64,000 bases of DNA from Dicyema japonicum (GCA_011109175.1 RDEW01000005.1:1670657-1734656); one strand, 5' to 3'. Positions 1 through 11,985 are shown, counted from the stretch's first letter. The notes: generated from the sequence alone by a model not told the origin. Made by a program: numbers and translations.

Positions 1-97
1 TGAGGCAGATTTGAACAACATTAGGCAGCTATTCAAATTGCTTTGTTCACGTTTTCGCAATAAAATTATTTCTTTTCAAGATAAATATGCTTTTTAA
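1..97 (+). CDS. LTO1: 3' end of a second LTO1/ORAOV1 copy (runs off the window start)
   Basis: Near-identical to 19140-19236; reads EADLNNIRQLFKLLCSRFRNKIISFQDKYAF-stop from position 2. Confidence 0.8.
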   Translation, partial: EADLNNIRQLFKLLCSRFRNKIISFQDKYAF

Positions 98-249
98 TTT
101 TTTTATTAAAAATATAATTTATGGTTTTATTTGTTTTGAATTCAAATATCTTTTACAGACGTTTTAGTTTGAATCCTATTTTTGTTACAAAATCACCCCA
201 TCGAAGTAAACATTGAGGTAGAGAATGCCAAATAGCTCCTTTATATGTC

Positions 250-500
250 TAATTGACACCAACCACCACCTACAAAATTACTCTTCCAAGTTTATGCAAA
301 GAACCATGAAATTTATTTGGAAAGGGTTATTCATGTATAGGAATTCCGATCAATTCTGAAATTCGAGGAGACACTTCTGATAGAATGCGCTGGGATTTCG
401 GAGGACCACTCGATAATAGTTCAGGAGTTACTAGGATATGGGATCACTTAATTAGTTTGCTTTGACACCTTATTTGGTGGTTATTGGGTGTTTTAATAAT
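250..500 (+). mobile_element. 3' remnant of an unclassified retroelement-like repeat
   Basis: Ends gggatcacttaattagtttgctttgac...ggtgg...taataac; similar to the reverse complement of 47281-47560 (both encode ...WDHLIS). Confidence 0.45.
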
Positions 501-514
501 AACTTTAGTGCTTG

Positions 515-575
515 GGTTGACGAGTGACGCCATCGTCAGTGTTTCACCACTGAGGAACCTGATTGGACTCTAATC
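515..575 (+). mobile_element. Partial body of the tRNA-derived SINE
   Basis: ttgacgagtgacgccatcgtcagtgtttcaccactgaggaacc matches the family core; duplicate near 19650-19705. Confidence 0.7.
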
Positions 576-769
576 ACTGATTAGCAAGGAAAGAGGGGTA
601 CCGGGATGAGCAGTCAAGGCCAGCCTAAATAGCAAGACGTGGAAGAGCTGTTTAATGATCTTATCCCTACAATCCTATAGGTGGCATTAGAACAAGAAAT
701 TGCATCAATGACTAATGTCGGCCATTAATTAATTTTTCTGGAATCCTTAAAAATCTTTGTTACAAAAAG

Positions 770-950
770 GGAATCGTAGACCCGATCATTATTTTTGATA
801 ATGCTCGTATCAATCATTATACGGAGATTGGAGAATTGATTGAAATAGCAAACTTCCACGTTCCATTACCCCCTTCAATCCAACTGAGAATGTCTCCATA
901 TGTATTTAGCACGTGGAAAAACTATATTTTTAGAGGAGGGCTGAAATGAG
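770..950 (+). mobile_element. Tc1/IS630-like DDE transposase fragment
   Basis: IIFDNARINH...LPPFNPTENV resembles the DNARIHH and LPPYSPxLNPIE motifs; duplicate near 19905-20080. Confidence 0.65.
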
Positions 951-1019
951 AAAAATCTAAAAAAAGGTTGTTTTTACCTTTAAAAATTAGTGACTGTTGG
1001 TCGGGAAACTATATTTTTT

Positions 1020-1494
1020 GGCATGTCATAGGCAATCTCCATTTCCACGATCTTCGTGATCACTTTCCCTATCTTAGCACTTTAAACTTCTGAAAATAGT
1101 GATGTTGACGATCCTGTTGATATGAATCTCAACCACTTCACTCTCGATGACCTCAGCCTCGTCTCTAACACTAAGAGGTCGTTTACTTTATTCAAACATA
1201 TAGAAACTTCCTGGGAACTTCGAAATGTTTGTAAATTACTGTTGTTGGCATTGGTTTTGCACATTTTGAGAATGAGGACTCATTTCATTGAGTGTCAGCT
1301 CCTTAATGAGAAATCAACACTTTGTAAGATGTTGCAGTATGGATCATTGATCTCCCCATTCCACTAGAGGGGTTCACACATCTACATTCTTCTTTATCCT
1401 GGAAGAATAGAGACGTGAATAGTGTCTTATTTGCTCTTCTCCTGTGTGGAGGAAAATCATTGAACAGTAAATACCATAATTCAAAACAGTACAA
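1020..1494 (-). pseudogene. RUVBL2: RUVBL2 (Reptin) fragment, copy A
   Basis: Duplicate of 20160-20634 with additional indels. Confidence 0.55.
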
Positions 1495-1588
1495 GATAAA
1501 CTAATGGTAGTATTTTCAAATAGTAATATTTAAATCAGTAAATAATAAATTCATTTTAGTTTAATTAAATTAATATTTAGTAATTTAA

Positions 1589-2077
1589 ATGGGTGATCAT
1601 GCTGAGGATGAATTCAAAATTTAGAAATTTATAACAGAAATGAGGTGGATTCTATATTATTTTACATAGTCCTGTGATTCAGACGTTTGGGATGACACTG
1701 CCTTGATTGCTGCTTATGAAACAGCTATGGGGAGGGTAATTTTAATGTTCACCATAGAATTCTCGAAAAAAGAAAAGGAAATCAAAATCCTCAAAATTCG
1801 GCAAAAAGAGTCCAAAAATCAGTCACAGAGGACTGCAGCACAACATTTACTGAGGACCCCAATGTCTGCAACGAGGCTCACCAAGACGTGCCCTTTAACA
1901 ATTGTGAGGACAAAGAACAACATGATAACACTAATTTTGAGAAAACTCAGAATGCAGTCCCGCTCCAATTCCCCAGATTTGATGACTCCACACAACGGAG
2001 ATCTTCTCAACAACCTACTCATTTCCTGGTACATGGCTGGATATTATGCGGGCCTCTACCAGTCCTCAAGACAGTGA
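1589..2077 (+). CDS. SMN: SMN homolog copy A, frameshifted relative to copy B
   Basis: SDVWDDTALIAAYETAM (Gemin2-binding) and LLISWYMAGYYAGLY (YG box). A-run near 1795 has 4 A against 6 in copy B, and 2 nt are missing in the Pro codons near 1960-1975. Confidence 0.8.
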
Positions 2078-2339
2078 TTATACGATAAACTTATTTTTCT
2101 ACCTAAATGTTCAAAAATCTTCTTTTATCTTTTTAAGGAGATAAAAGCTGCAAATATAAGTACTGGATTACCACCTACCTTCCGATGAGGTTCTGTCTCC
2201 ATCTCTAGTCGGAAGGGCATTCGAATGAATCATGAACCAGATAACATAGTACTCACATTGTTTCAGACTTATTTCAACACTCCTACAACAAAAATAAAAC
2301 GAAACACATTACAAACTAATAGTTCAGCATTTTAGTTAA

Positions 2340-2468
2340 CAAAAGATTGGAATAGCCTATCCGAGGGAACTCGTTCGCAATCCACGCAGCAGGCTTCTCA
2401 ACTGACATTTGTTTAATTGTTAAAAAATTATTTTGATTATAAAAAAGTTAATTTTTAAAAAGGACTGG
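2340..2468 (+). mobile_element. CRE-like retrotransposon 3' end
   Basis: gattggaatagcc...ctcgttcgcaatccacg...caactgacatttg matches 24194-24290. Confidence 0.7.
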
Positions 2469-2927
2469 AAACCTATAAAATATCTGAATTAGGCTCGAAA
2501 ACAGGCTGTACCCATACGATTGGAGAGTCGATTTTTCCATTATTTGAGTTAGGTTTTTTAAAAACTTAATGAGGTTAGTAGAAATTAAGAAAACTTTGCG
2601 GTACATTGGGTCCTCAGTAAATGTTGTGCTGCAGAATAATAATAGGAGATAATGTAACAGTAATAGATGCCAAAAGAATAATATATTTTAAGGATAAATC
2701 TAACTATTATTCAAAGAAATGAAATTTGTCACTTTCATGAATTCGAAAGGTTTGCAGAGTATGAAGTTGGAAATTTATGTCACACTTATCATCACTCAAA
2801 ACAGAATTTCTTTAGCGTTTTAAAGAATAAATTTGATTTTTCTCAGTGGATGATCAATCCGTTCGAATCCAGAATCTCATGAAATTTACTTTCAAATATA
2901 TCTCAATTTCTTATAATTCAGATTCTC

Positions 2928-3110
2928 AAAAGAAACTTGGACGCTTAGCTACACTAAAAAGCCACGACGCACGTGAGACCCGGTGGCTACTCCAGTTGAT
3001 CTCTGTTGCAATCGTGAGAGGCAACGCAACGTCGATAATGTGGCGGGGTCCACTTTGGATGATGGCAGTTTTAATATGCTTTACTGGGGATAAATTAACT
3101 GATTATTTTA
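2928..3110 (+). mobile_element. 5'-truncated CRE-like insertion
   Basis: Near-identical to the reverse complement of about 28165-28350; absent at the matching site near 22060-22070. Confidence 0.85.
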
Positions 3111-3325
3111 ATTCGAAGATTAAAGAAGGTTCCAAAATTTTGGAATTCGATTCTCAGAAAATCTTGTAGTTTCAACTTAATATCTTGTGAAAGAATATTC
3201 AACTCAATTATTTATTGAAAAGTGTGCAAATAAATTGAAATTTTGTGAGGTGATATTCGACTTTATTGAAGGCGAATCAAGCCTGATATTGAATGTTGGA
3301 TAAAAGTCATCTGGGTACTGGTTTA

Positions 3326-3505
3326 TTATAGTACCCCCTAAGTAATTATATATCCCTAAACAATTATATTACCCTAAGTACTTATAGTACCTCCAAGGCA
3401 GTTATATACCCATAGCATTATAGTACCCATAAGCAGTTATAGTACACACAAAACAGTCATAGTACCCCCCCTCCCTAAGCAGTTATAGTATTCCATAAGC
3501 ACTTA
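3326..3505. repeat. Minisatellite, about 19-20 bp unit (gcagttatagtacccataa)
   Basis: About 9 degenerate tandem units; shorter duplicate near 22308-22440. Confidence 0.85.
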
Positions 3506-3682
3506 TTCTTATAAGTGGTCGATTTAATAACTTTTTAGCGCTAATAGGTTTGTTTAAGTGCTAGAAACAACTTGCTCCACTTTCACTCTAATCACAGAGA
3601 GACTGGCGTTGCAAGGGGAAAAAAGGCGATTTTGACATCGGTCACCCTTTTACGGAGGAAAAAATGAAATTTTTAATTTGAG

Positions 3683-3880
3683 GCGTAGTGTGACGGTTGC
3701 TGGGCAAGAGGCATGAAGGTCGCTAGTTCGAATTCCGATACTGCACATTCGGTTGAAGGTTCCACGCATCAATATGCTTTGGCTTGACGAGTGACTCCGT
3801 CATCAGTGAACTTCACTGCGGAACCGGATCGTCTATCAAGGACATACACCCAAGAAAAAGAAAACAAAAAAGTTAAAACA
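3683..3880 (+). mobile_element. tRNA-derived SINE
   Basis: B-box-like agttcgaattcc followed by ggttcc acgcatcaatatgc...ttgacgagtgactccgtcatcagtgaacttcactgcggaacc. Confidence 0.75.
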
Positions 3881-4000
3881 TTCATTGATCCTACTCGATT
3901 AGCTATTGTAACTGTTAATTTTAGCCAAATAGAAAAATTACTTAGGAGTACTATAATGCACCAGCTTGATTATAAAAAAGTTAATTTTTAAAAAGGACTG

Positions 4001-7000
4001 ACGTTGTGGCTCACCAAGAGTGTCATTTGGTTGTGCCTGTGCCCTACACAGCACACATGAAAAAGAACCACACTATTTCCCTATCGTCTCTCTTCAAGGA
4101 GATCTCGATGGCGACCATTGAGCGGGCACGAAGCTTTCGCTCCCAAGAATCCCTCCTGACATCCGGTGACATTGAACTAAACCCAGGGCCGCAGAATAGA
4201 CCCATCAGAATCTTACAACTTAACATCAATGGAATCACCTCGAAACATACCGAATTGGCTGAGTACTTGGTTAAACACCGTATTGACATTGCCCTTCTAC
4301 AGGAGTCACGTTTGTCTGCCTTCTCCCAAACACCAAAATTCAAAAACTACTCTTTGCTCCGTTCTGAGCGATCAAATGGATCTCACGGTGGTGGCCTGGT
4401 CACCCTCATTCACAACTCCATCCCATTCACGGATACCACTGACCACACATTGACAGCGGCTTCTGATAAACATATGGAATTGCTATCCATCACCATCAAT
4501 ATTATGTCAACTCCTTACACAATTCTGAATATCTACATTCCCCCTTCGTCTTGCTGCCAGAAGAGTTACCGACCAAACCTAGAATTCCTTCAACTATACG
4601 AAAACATAGTTATTTGCGGCGATCTAAACGCTAAAGATCCACTATGGTTCCGAAACCAGAATTCGGACCACAGAGGGAAACAAGTGATCTCTGAACTGGA
4701 ACACCTAGTGATATTAAATAACCCCCGCCAACACACGAGATGTGGAACACGCCCTGGGGATCCTAACACGTCTCCGACCTCTCCATATGCTCAGCTCCCC
4801 TTGCAAAATCGATCTACTGGGATGTCAGATATGACTTACCCTCAGATCATAACCCTATTCTGATCGACATCTTCTTGCATTTCGGACGAACTATGTCGAG
4901 GCGAACCTATGTGAACTACAAAAGGGCGAGATGGATCGACTTCACGGTTGACGTCGAAACGTCGCTGGAAAACTTCTCTGTGAAAATTTTACCTCTCCAG
5001 ACAAAGCCATTGCACATTTCAACTCAGCCATCCTTTCGGCGGATAGAAAGCACGTCCCTAAAGGATTCATCCATGATTACAAACTATTTTTCAACAAAGA
5101 AATATTGGATCTCATCTGTGAGAGAAGACACCTAAAACGTTCCCGAACAACCAACCAGCAACTCCAAGATGAAATTTCTTCCCTAAACAAGAAGATAACC
5201 CACCTCATTACGGAGCTCAAAAAGGAGAAGTGGTCCACTTTCGTCTCTCGATTGAATCCAAAATCAAAACCCCAAAGTTTCTGGAGATTTATCAGAGAAA
5301 TACAATCAAATCAAACCGAATCGAGCACAACCCATGGAGGTAGACTTGGAAAGGACAACCAAACGAAAGATTTCCACTGCCAGGCAAATGACTTGATGAC
5401 TCACTATTGCAAAATGAGTCATATTCCAATGAATAAAGAAAATCGACCTCATATTACTAAACCCCCAAGGGTAACAAAGGCACGATTCGAAGTATCAATA
5501 AGTCATGTTCAAAACCTCATTACAAACTCAAGAAACTCACCAGCCACGGGACCCGATCGGATCAGCATATTCCACCTAAAGCACCTCGGTCCAAACGGGC
5601 TCTTGGCACTTAAAGATATCTACGAATTCTCCATCAACAGGTGTTTCATCCCGATGTTATGGAAGAAGTCGAACATTATCCCAATACTCAAGAACAACAA
5701 AGCCTCCTCCTTGCCCTCTTCGTTCAGGCCAATTTCCTTAACATCTGTTGTCTCAAAAATCCTCGAAAGGATCATTCTTAACGAAATCACCCCCTACCTC
5801 GACCTCTCCGACTCACAACATGGTTTCCGTCCTTTACACTCGACCACCACGCACTTACTGACACTAACCCAATACATCTCCAACGGTTTCAACAACTGCA
5901 AACCCCCGGAACGAACTGTCTTGGCCTCTATTGACCTAACTAAAGCTTTCGACAGAATCTCCCGTGTGGTCCTCTGCAACAAGATCTATTCTTCAAATAT
6001 TCCCTCTGTATGGAAGTCATGGCTCACAAATTTCCTCTCGGGAAGACTGGGTCATACGTGTCTATATTCAAATCTATCAAGATATCGACTCCTACCAAAC
6101 GGTGTTCCCCAGGGATCAGTCCTTTCACCCTCACTTTTCAACCTTTACGTCAAAGACATCCCAACAACCCAAAATACGTTACTATTGACATATGCCGATG
6201 ATCTAGTAATCGCATCCAGGAGTGGCGATGTTCGACTGGCCACCGAAAAAGTGCAGTACCACCTGAACTTGCTATCCGACTGGATGAACTTAAACTGGAT
6301 GAGTGTTTCCACCTCGAAGTCATCAGCTACCCTGTTCACAACCGATCGAAGACAATTCAACCTAAACCCCACACTCTCGTTGGGAGACGAACCACTCCCC
6401 TTAAATAAATACCCGAAGATCCTTGGAGTTGTCTTCGATCCTTCACTCTGTTTCAACAGACAAGTGGAGGAAGTAATGACAAAAGCCAAGCGGAAACTTA
6501 ACATATTACGGGCAGTAGCTGGCCACTCAAACGGTCAGCAAAAAGAAAACTTAACTCTTCTCTACAAACAGTTCATCAGGACTACACTCAACTACGCCTC
6601 ACCAAGTTGGGCCCCCTCAATCTCCTTGTCCCTTTCTCAAGAACTGCAGAAAGTGCAAAACTCGGCGCTGAGAATAATAACTGGCTGCTTAAAGTCAACC
6701 CCCACCGACCATTTACATTGGGAGTCGAAAATCCTCCCGCTCTATGACCACCTGGAAATGCGTAATTTACAATTCCTACGGCAGTCGTTCGACCCGAATC
6801 ACCCAGTTCACGCTCTGCTAAGTAACAATAACCGCAGATACATACGCAGGACCCTCTTTGACCTACAAAGAGCCTTGTCGAAGATCACCCCCCCTCAAGA
6901 AGACTCAACTTGGACCCGCCGAATCCATGATTTCATCTCAACACGGGCCATTAGGACACTTCAATATAACAAAGTCTTGGAGCGCTTCCCCCCTGATATC

Positions 7001-7240
7001 AGTCCAACGGAACAATCGCTCCCGAGGAAGATCAGAATCGGACTGGCTCGCCTACGATGTGGACACCACCCTTTTCTGGCTGGCAGAGTAGTTCGGACCT
7101 TTTTCCCTGCCCTGGACCACCGGATGCAAAAGTCGAGGATCTCTGGGAGCGGCCTGTCCGGACTGCACGCTCTCTGATGGTCGCCGGCTTCCCACTTGCT
7201 GCTGAAGCGCGGGGTTTTTAATTTAATTTAATAAAATTAT
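4001..7240 (+). mobile_element. Near full-length Ingi/Vingi-like LINE: structured leader, 2A peptide, APE, RT
   Basis: GDIELNPGP, then ILQLNING, ALLQES, ICGDLNA (APE); QHGFRP, IDLTKAFD, GVPQGSVLSP, YADD (RT); T/A-rich tail. Several 1-nt frameshifts (near 4785, 4970, 5105, 7080). Confidence 0.9.
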
Positions 7241-7254
7241 TTTTAAAAGTTAAA

Positions 7255-7312
7255 TTTACTCATGGCGGTGATATTTCATAATGGCGGCGGGAAAAAAGGT
7301 TGAGAACCACTG
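7255..7312 (-). mobile_element. hAT (Charlie/Buster-like) terminus
   Basis: aggttgagaaccactg is the reverse complement of cagtggttctcaacct, which also occurs at 41672-41687. Confidence 0.55.
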
Positions 7313-7639
7313 TAAGATTAAAGTTTATCTTTATCTCTCGAAAAATGTAACTATAGAATTAGGAGTTACTATAGTTACTCCAAACCTTCAAAGAGAGAAA
7401 AATTATCTGTTGGAGAGCTAGGCGATCCGCTATAAAGTTTGTTTCCGTATGAAGTCCTACGCAAAGTTGAATGAGGCCAAAAAACTATTGGGACTATTGA
7501 GGTGATATGAAGGTGAAAATAGGGCCTTCTGTGTGGAAAGTTGTCTGCCTTTATACATCAAGATTACTGATGACTGGATAATAAGGGACCCGGGGAAGAG
7601 CCAATGCCCTTCAGTGCAAACACCCACTATATTTTAACT

Positions 7640-8230
7640 GTCCCTAATGTTTAACCTTATTTAGTTAGTTAAGTAACCCATCACTAACTTGTAGGGACAA
7701 TGGCTTATTTAATAGACGCAGCAGATGCAGTCGCTCCCATAGACGAGTCAGTCCTGCATTGTGGACGAACGTTGTGCTAATTCATGACATTCAAATAAGT
7801 GATTTGTTGCCAACTCGTAGAGGTTGCAAAAGGGACAGAGTACATCGTATGTCGACAGAGAGGGGGTGGTACCCACATTGTAGAAGTACCAGGTTTACTT
7901 GGATATATTTCAAAAGAGAGGATTCTGATTGGTCTATTGGATGAGGAACCGTGTAGTATTTTATTATTATCGAGTATTCGGATGCTTCTTGTAGAAACAA
8001 AATCGTGTATCTGTTTTAGACAACTCCGGTTATTTGTTGAAAGGATGGATGATAGCATTCGAGGCAGGTCATTGGTTGTCATAATTTTTAGTTTGTTTTG
8101 GAGTTTGCATAGATAATGACAGGATGGTCTGTATGCTTGGGCGAGGAACTGCAGAGAATAACCAGTAAATTCATAACCGGTAAATTCATCCCAGTTAAAT
8201 CAAGGAACCACGTGGCGGGTTTCTCAGAAG
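7640..8230 (-). mobile_element. Degenerate 3' portion of the same LINE clade
   Basis: QIHDFVSTRSIRILDNNKIL...QCGYHP aligns with RIHDFISTRAIRTLQYNKVL...RCGHHP of 5105-7177; duplicate near 22600-23230; related 3' end near 59470-59590. Confidence 0.8.
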
Positions 8231-8369
8231 AGGTCGAAATTTTGATTTTTTATATTATATTTAAAATGCGATTTTGGAGATTATTCGACGATATGAGTCA
8301 CGTGTCCGTGAAGGTAGGACCTATGAAAATTGAAGAGATAGGACCTATTTTTTCACCTCTCTTCAGAAG

Positions 8370-8520
8370 CTGACGAAGAATGAACACAATCATGCTGGTG
8401 ATGCTGCATATGTTGAATCTAAGAAATTACTCATGAGATAAAAAGAAAAGCTATTGCGCATTTATTACAACTGAAGTGTGTGTGGGTTTGCCACTGGAGG
8501 TTTCTGCCCGACTACCCGCA
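8370..8520 (+). mobile_element. MULE transposase fragment, truncated at 8520
   Basis: NEHNHAGDAAYVESKK...EVCVGLPLEVSARLP; in copy B it continues to FWYADGTF. Confidence 0.65.
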
Positions 8521-9536
8521 ACGTGACATCCTATCTCTGTCGGTATTCCTTCTTTCCAAATACTCCACTTGGATGGCTTTATGAGGTTCAGGACAACAAA
8601 CAAGGACGGCGGTGTTTGTTAGTGGACAATAACTTTTGGAAAGATTTTCGGCAAACAACCAAGACCAACTGCGGACAGAATTTTGTAATCTTCTGCTTTT
8701 GAAAAAGCGTAGCTCAACACCAAGCCGTAGTCCATCTCATAATGAGGATGGCTTAAGAATGAGCAACCAGAAAAATAGAACTCTTGCAGGTAATCCTGGC
8801 AGATAGGCTCTTGAAGACCAAGTAGACAGCACTTAGACGGACTCAGTTTTCCTTTTTATCAAAATCGATCAGGTTAGCGGAGAATTGGACTTATAGGATT
8901 ACCTCATCTAGACCCCGAGAGAATCTGTATCGTAAGTGAAGTGATAAATGATATAAGACACAGTCGGATCTCCAACAGACAGAGTAATCAGATCTTTCAT
9001 AAGGTCGAGTCTACGTTCTAGGCGATTAGGGAGCTCACTTTGAATGCGATAGGTCGCAGAATGTGAGAGAAGGGGATGAACAAATATGGTAAGTGTCCAT
9101 AGATGATATGCATGGCCGCTCGAATAAGAGAGCGTTAAGACAAGACGAGTTTCTCCTTCAAATATTTTCCTACAAACCTAGAAGAAACCCGCTTCTTCAT
9201 TCGAAGCTCAATTTCAGGACTCTCATATTTGATTACGGAAAACTGGGTTGTCGCAAAGGTCCGAGAGAATCCCTTTTCAATCAAAATCACGGTTGCAAGA
9301 GATACCGAGAGCAGAAGGAGTGAAACTGGAATAGAATGATGTTCTGACATTAAAGTGAGAATTGAAATTGGATCCAAGGATGTGAATAGAGTATTTTTCA
9401 TCTTTTTATTAAAAAATTGGGAAAAACTATCCTCTAATCCCGAAGTCGAGGGTACAATGGATAAAAGATAAGTTAGCCAGAAGAGAAGAATAAAAAAAAT
9501 TTCTAGAGGTTCCAGCCTCGAGGCCAGCAAGTGACA
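8515..9536 (-). CDS. Probable multi-exon gene, product unidentified
   Basis: 131-aa ORF at 9135-9530 plus protein-like segments in other frames (e.g. DYLQEFYFSGCSFLSHPHYEMDYG); no family recognised. Confidence 0.35.
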
Positions 9537-9679
9537 TTATTTTTCAATTAAAATTATTTTTTGAATTTATTCTTCCTAAGGAATTTTCACCTTAAGCTAC
9601 GAATCCCTTTTCTTCTACGGTCAGCCCTATTTTTAAAGTAAGTGAACTTCTTAAGAGCCATCGACGAAAAGTTGAGGAC

Positions 9680-9800
9680 TGTCATTGAAGAAACACTTAA
9701 TATTTCTTTTGATAAAACTGACTGGATCCAATACAAACTCCCCCTTCGCTAAGAAGGATTCGGAGTACACTCACCACTAGAACTAGCCCTACCGGCCAAA
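9680..9800 (+). mobile_element. CRE-like fragment
   Basis: WIQYKLPLRxEGFGVHSPLELALPA resembles WDQATLPVSLGGLGIPSTKDLACPA. Confidence 0.5.
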
Positions 9801-10229
9801 TTATTATATGTGCGATTTTGGGCTTTAAACAAGCACTTTTTCTGGATGCCTTTCAGGAATCTTTTCATATAGTTTAGTTTAGTTAGAACAAAAGACAAAA
9901 TTTCATAGAAAAGAGTTTGTGTAAGAGAGTATTAAAAGTCGAGTAATTAAGTTATGAGCACTGCAAAACATCGTGCACCTGTTAAAGTCTGCCAGGATCA
10001 CTTGATTAGTCGGTTTGACTCTTTCTCTTTTGATGTCCCCTTTTCGGGATTTAATAATCATCCCATTTTCTAGATTCGTTGCATTCTTCTCGTGATTTTC
10101 AAGAGAGCCCGCCATTTTCTATATGTGCCTTTGCATTCAAAAATCCAAACTCGTTTTTCCGCTTTAACGTCTTTGATACAAAACAGTATCAGCGAGAAAA
10201 CAAGACCAAGGGTTGGATCGAAGTCCTTA

Positions 10230-11050
10230 ATTATTATTATTAAAAAGCACTCCCGCGAAAACATAAAATTAGTTAAGTTTCCTTTGTGCCGTATTCCTAA
10301 TCATCCTCTCCGTCAGCCTTGACCATGATCCTCTGTTGCGCGCTAGTTCTCTTAGGTTGTCCAGGTCATCCGCCGAAGTTAGTCTCATACCAACGGCCGA
10401 CAGGTCTTCGTTCAAGATAGTCGGAAGTGTCGTTCTTGGCCTTCCGCGGGATCCTGATCCTGTGTGTACGAAGTAGTTGTCCATTGCGACATTTGCGGGG
10501 ACCTGGTTAATTAGACGTAACACGTGGCCAAAGAGGCTCCATCTTGATTTGAAAATATCATCTGACAGCACGCCGGATTTGCAAATATTATAAAGGTTTG
10601 CATCTTCATAGGCCAGTTGATCTTGATTACCGATTTAAGCTGAGCTCTGTGGAATGAGTCAAGACGGTCCATTTCCCGTTTAGAGATTCCCCAAGTCCCA
10701 GAGTTGTAGGTTAGTACCGGGATGTCAAAAGCTTTTTATATTCTAAGGCTGGTGTTTAGTCCTATCCTCTTCTTGTGGCTCCATATTGACGATATTTTTC
10801 AGTGCACTCATAGCAACGATCTTCAGAGTCTCCTAGAAGCTAGCCAACCTTTTTTTACCTTCTCCATGACTCGTCCGATCTCCGATCATTACGTGTAAGC
10901 GTTGTAAACTCCGTTTTGTCGGGATTTACGTTTAAGAACCATTTCGAAAATATGTGTGGGAATACGCTGAGCATGTACTGAAGTGTTTGAGTATTCTCAG
11001 AGACAAAATCCAGATCGTCGTCATAGTTGTTTCCAATAGAAAATCATTTA
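10230..11050 (-). mobile_element. RTE-like LINE 3' fragment
   Basis: DDDLDFVSE..LNVNPDKTE; RWSLFGHVLRL; RGRPRTTL; LARNRGSW; (taa)n tail. Confidence 0.75.
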
Positions 11051-11739
11051 TTCCAAAAGACACCAGAATAGGAAATTCACAGGAACTTGATAATTGTGTG
11101 ATCCTGACACGTATCAAAAAAGTCATCAACTTGGTTCGGTGTTTCTCCTTTGAACGGACAAAAATCTTTCATGGGCGGAAAACTGTTCGATCACGGCATA
11201 ACGGGCACACTCAATCTTTTAGACGAATTAGGGTTTTTGATGTCAGCCATTTATTTCCAGTGATCCACTGTTCAGTCACTCAGTCACTCTTTACACCCTT
11301 TTCTAGATAACTGAGATACTCCCACGAGTCGCATGCATAAAAAACTTTCCTAAATAGTGTGGTTGTTGATTTACCATAGACCTGAAAGGCTTTTCAGTAG
11401 ATTGATCTTTTCGCAAGTGAGCTAATGTCCAGATTGCATGACGAACACCTTATTGACTTTACATATTTAACAACCCCGGATATATCGGAAAGAGATTAAG
11501 AGTTAATTAACGTATATACCGTTCCCAAGATAAGAGTAAAAGGTGTCGTGTCTATCCATATCTGCCACTAAATAAGAAAGAGATCATTTTTGGCCAGGCA
11601 CTGGACGTTTCCTAAAAACATGTGGATCACATGACGTCTCTTAGGATTTAAACTCATTCAACCAAGTAGGTTGCGGTTTGGGAATTAAACCCACAAGTAA
11701 TCGCGGCGTCTTGTGGAGAACACAGTGTATGGTAATATA

Positions 11740-11985
11740 ATAATAATTCAGCCCTTCCGCGACGACTAGTATTGTTCCATTACTCATCTCAGCTTAGGCA
11801 GAACTCACACTTTATTTAAGAAGTAAATAACAGTTATGCTAATTAATCCGAGGCATTAATCCAGGACATTGAGGGTGTTCTTAACTCCTTGTTCTTTTCT
11901 CTTTTGCTTACGTGTGAGTCCCTGACACAATCCGGTTCCGCAGTGATGAATCATAGATGACTGTGTCACTCGTCAATTCATTAAA
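11740..11985 (-). mobile_element. tRNA-derived SINE (5'-truncated)
   Basis: Family core plus the tail ttaaataaagtgtg shared with about 42840 and 56645; (att)n end. Confidence 0.75.

Larger units (their letters stand above)
1..8520 (+). repeat. Segmental duplication, copy A
   Basis: Colinear with 19140-23518. Copy A additionally holds 2928-3110 and about 3460-7478. Confidence 0.95.

Noticed and set aside
150-240. Host exon under purifying selection (three synonymous differences between the duplicated copies in one minus frame)
   Set aside because: The same stretch has about four non-synonymous differences and no recognisable family, so the evidence is insufficient
3326-3505. CRISPR-like array (also considered for 37520-37652)
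   Set aside because: Head-to-tail degenerate units with no unique spacers, no cas genes, and a eukaryotic context
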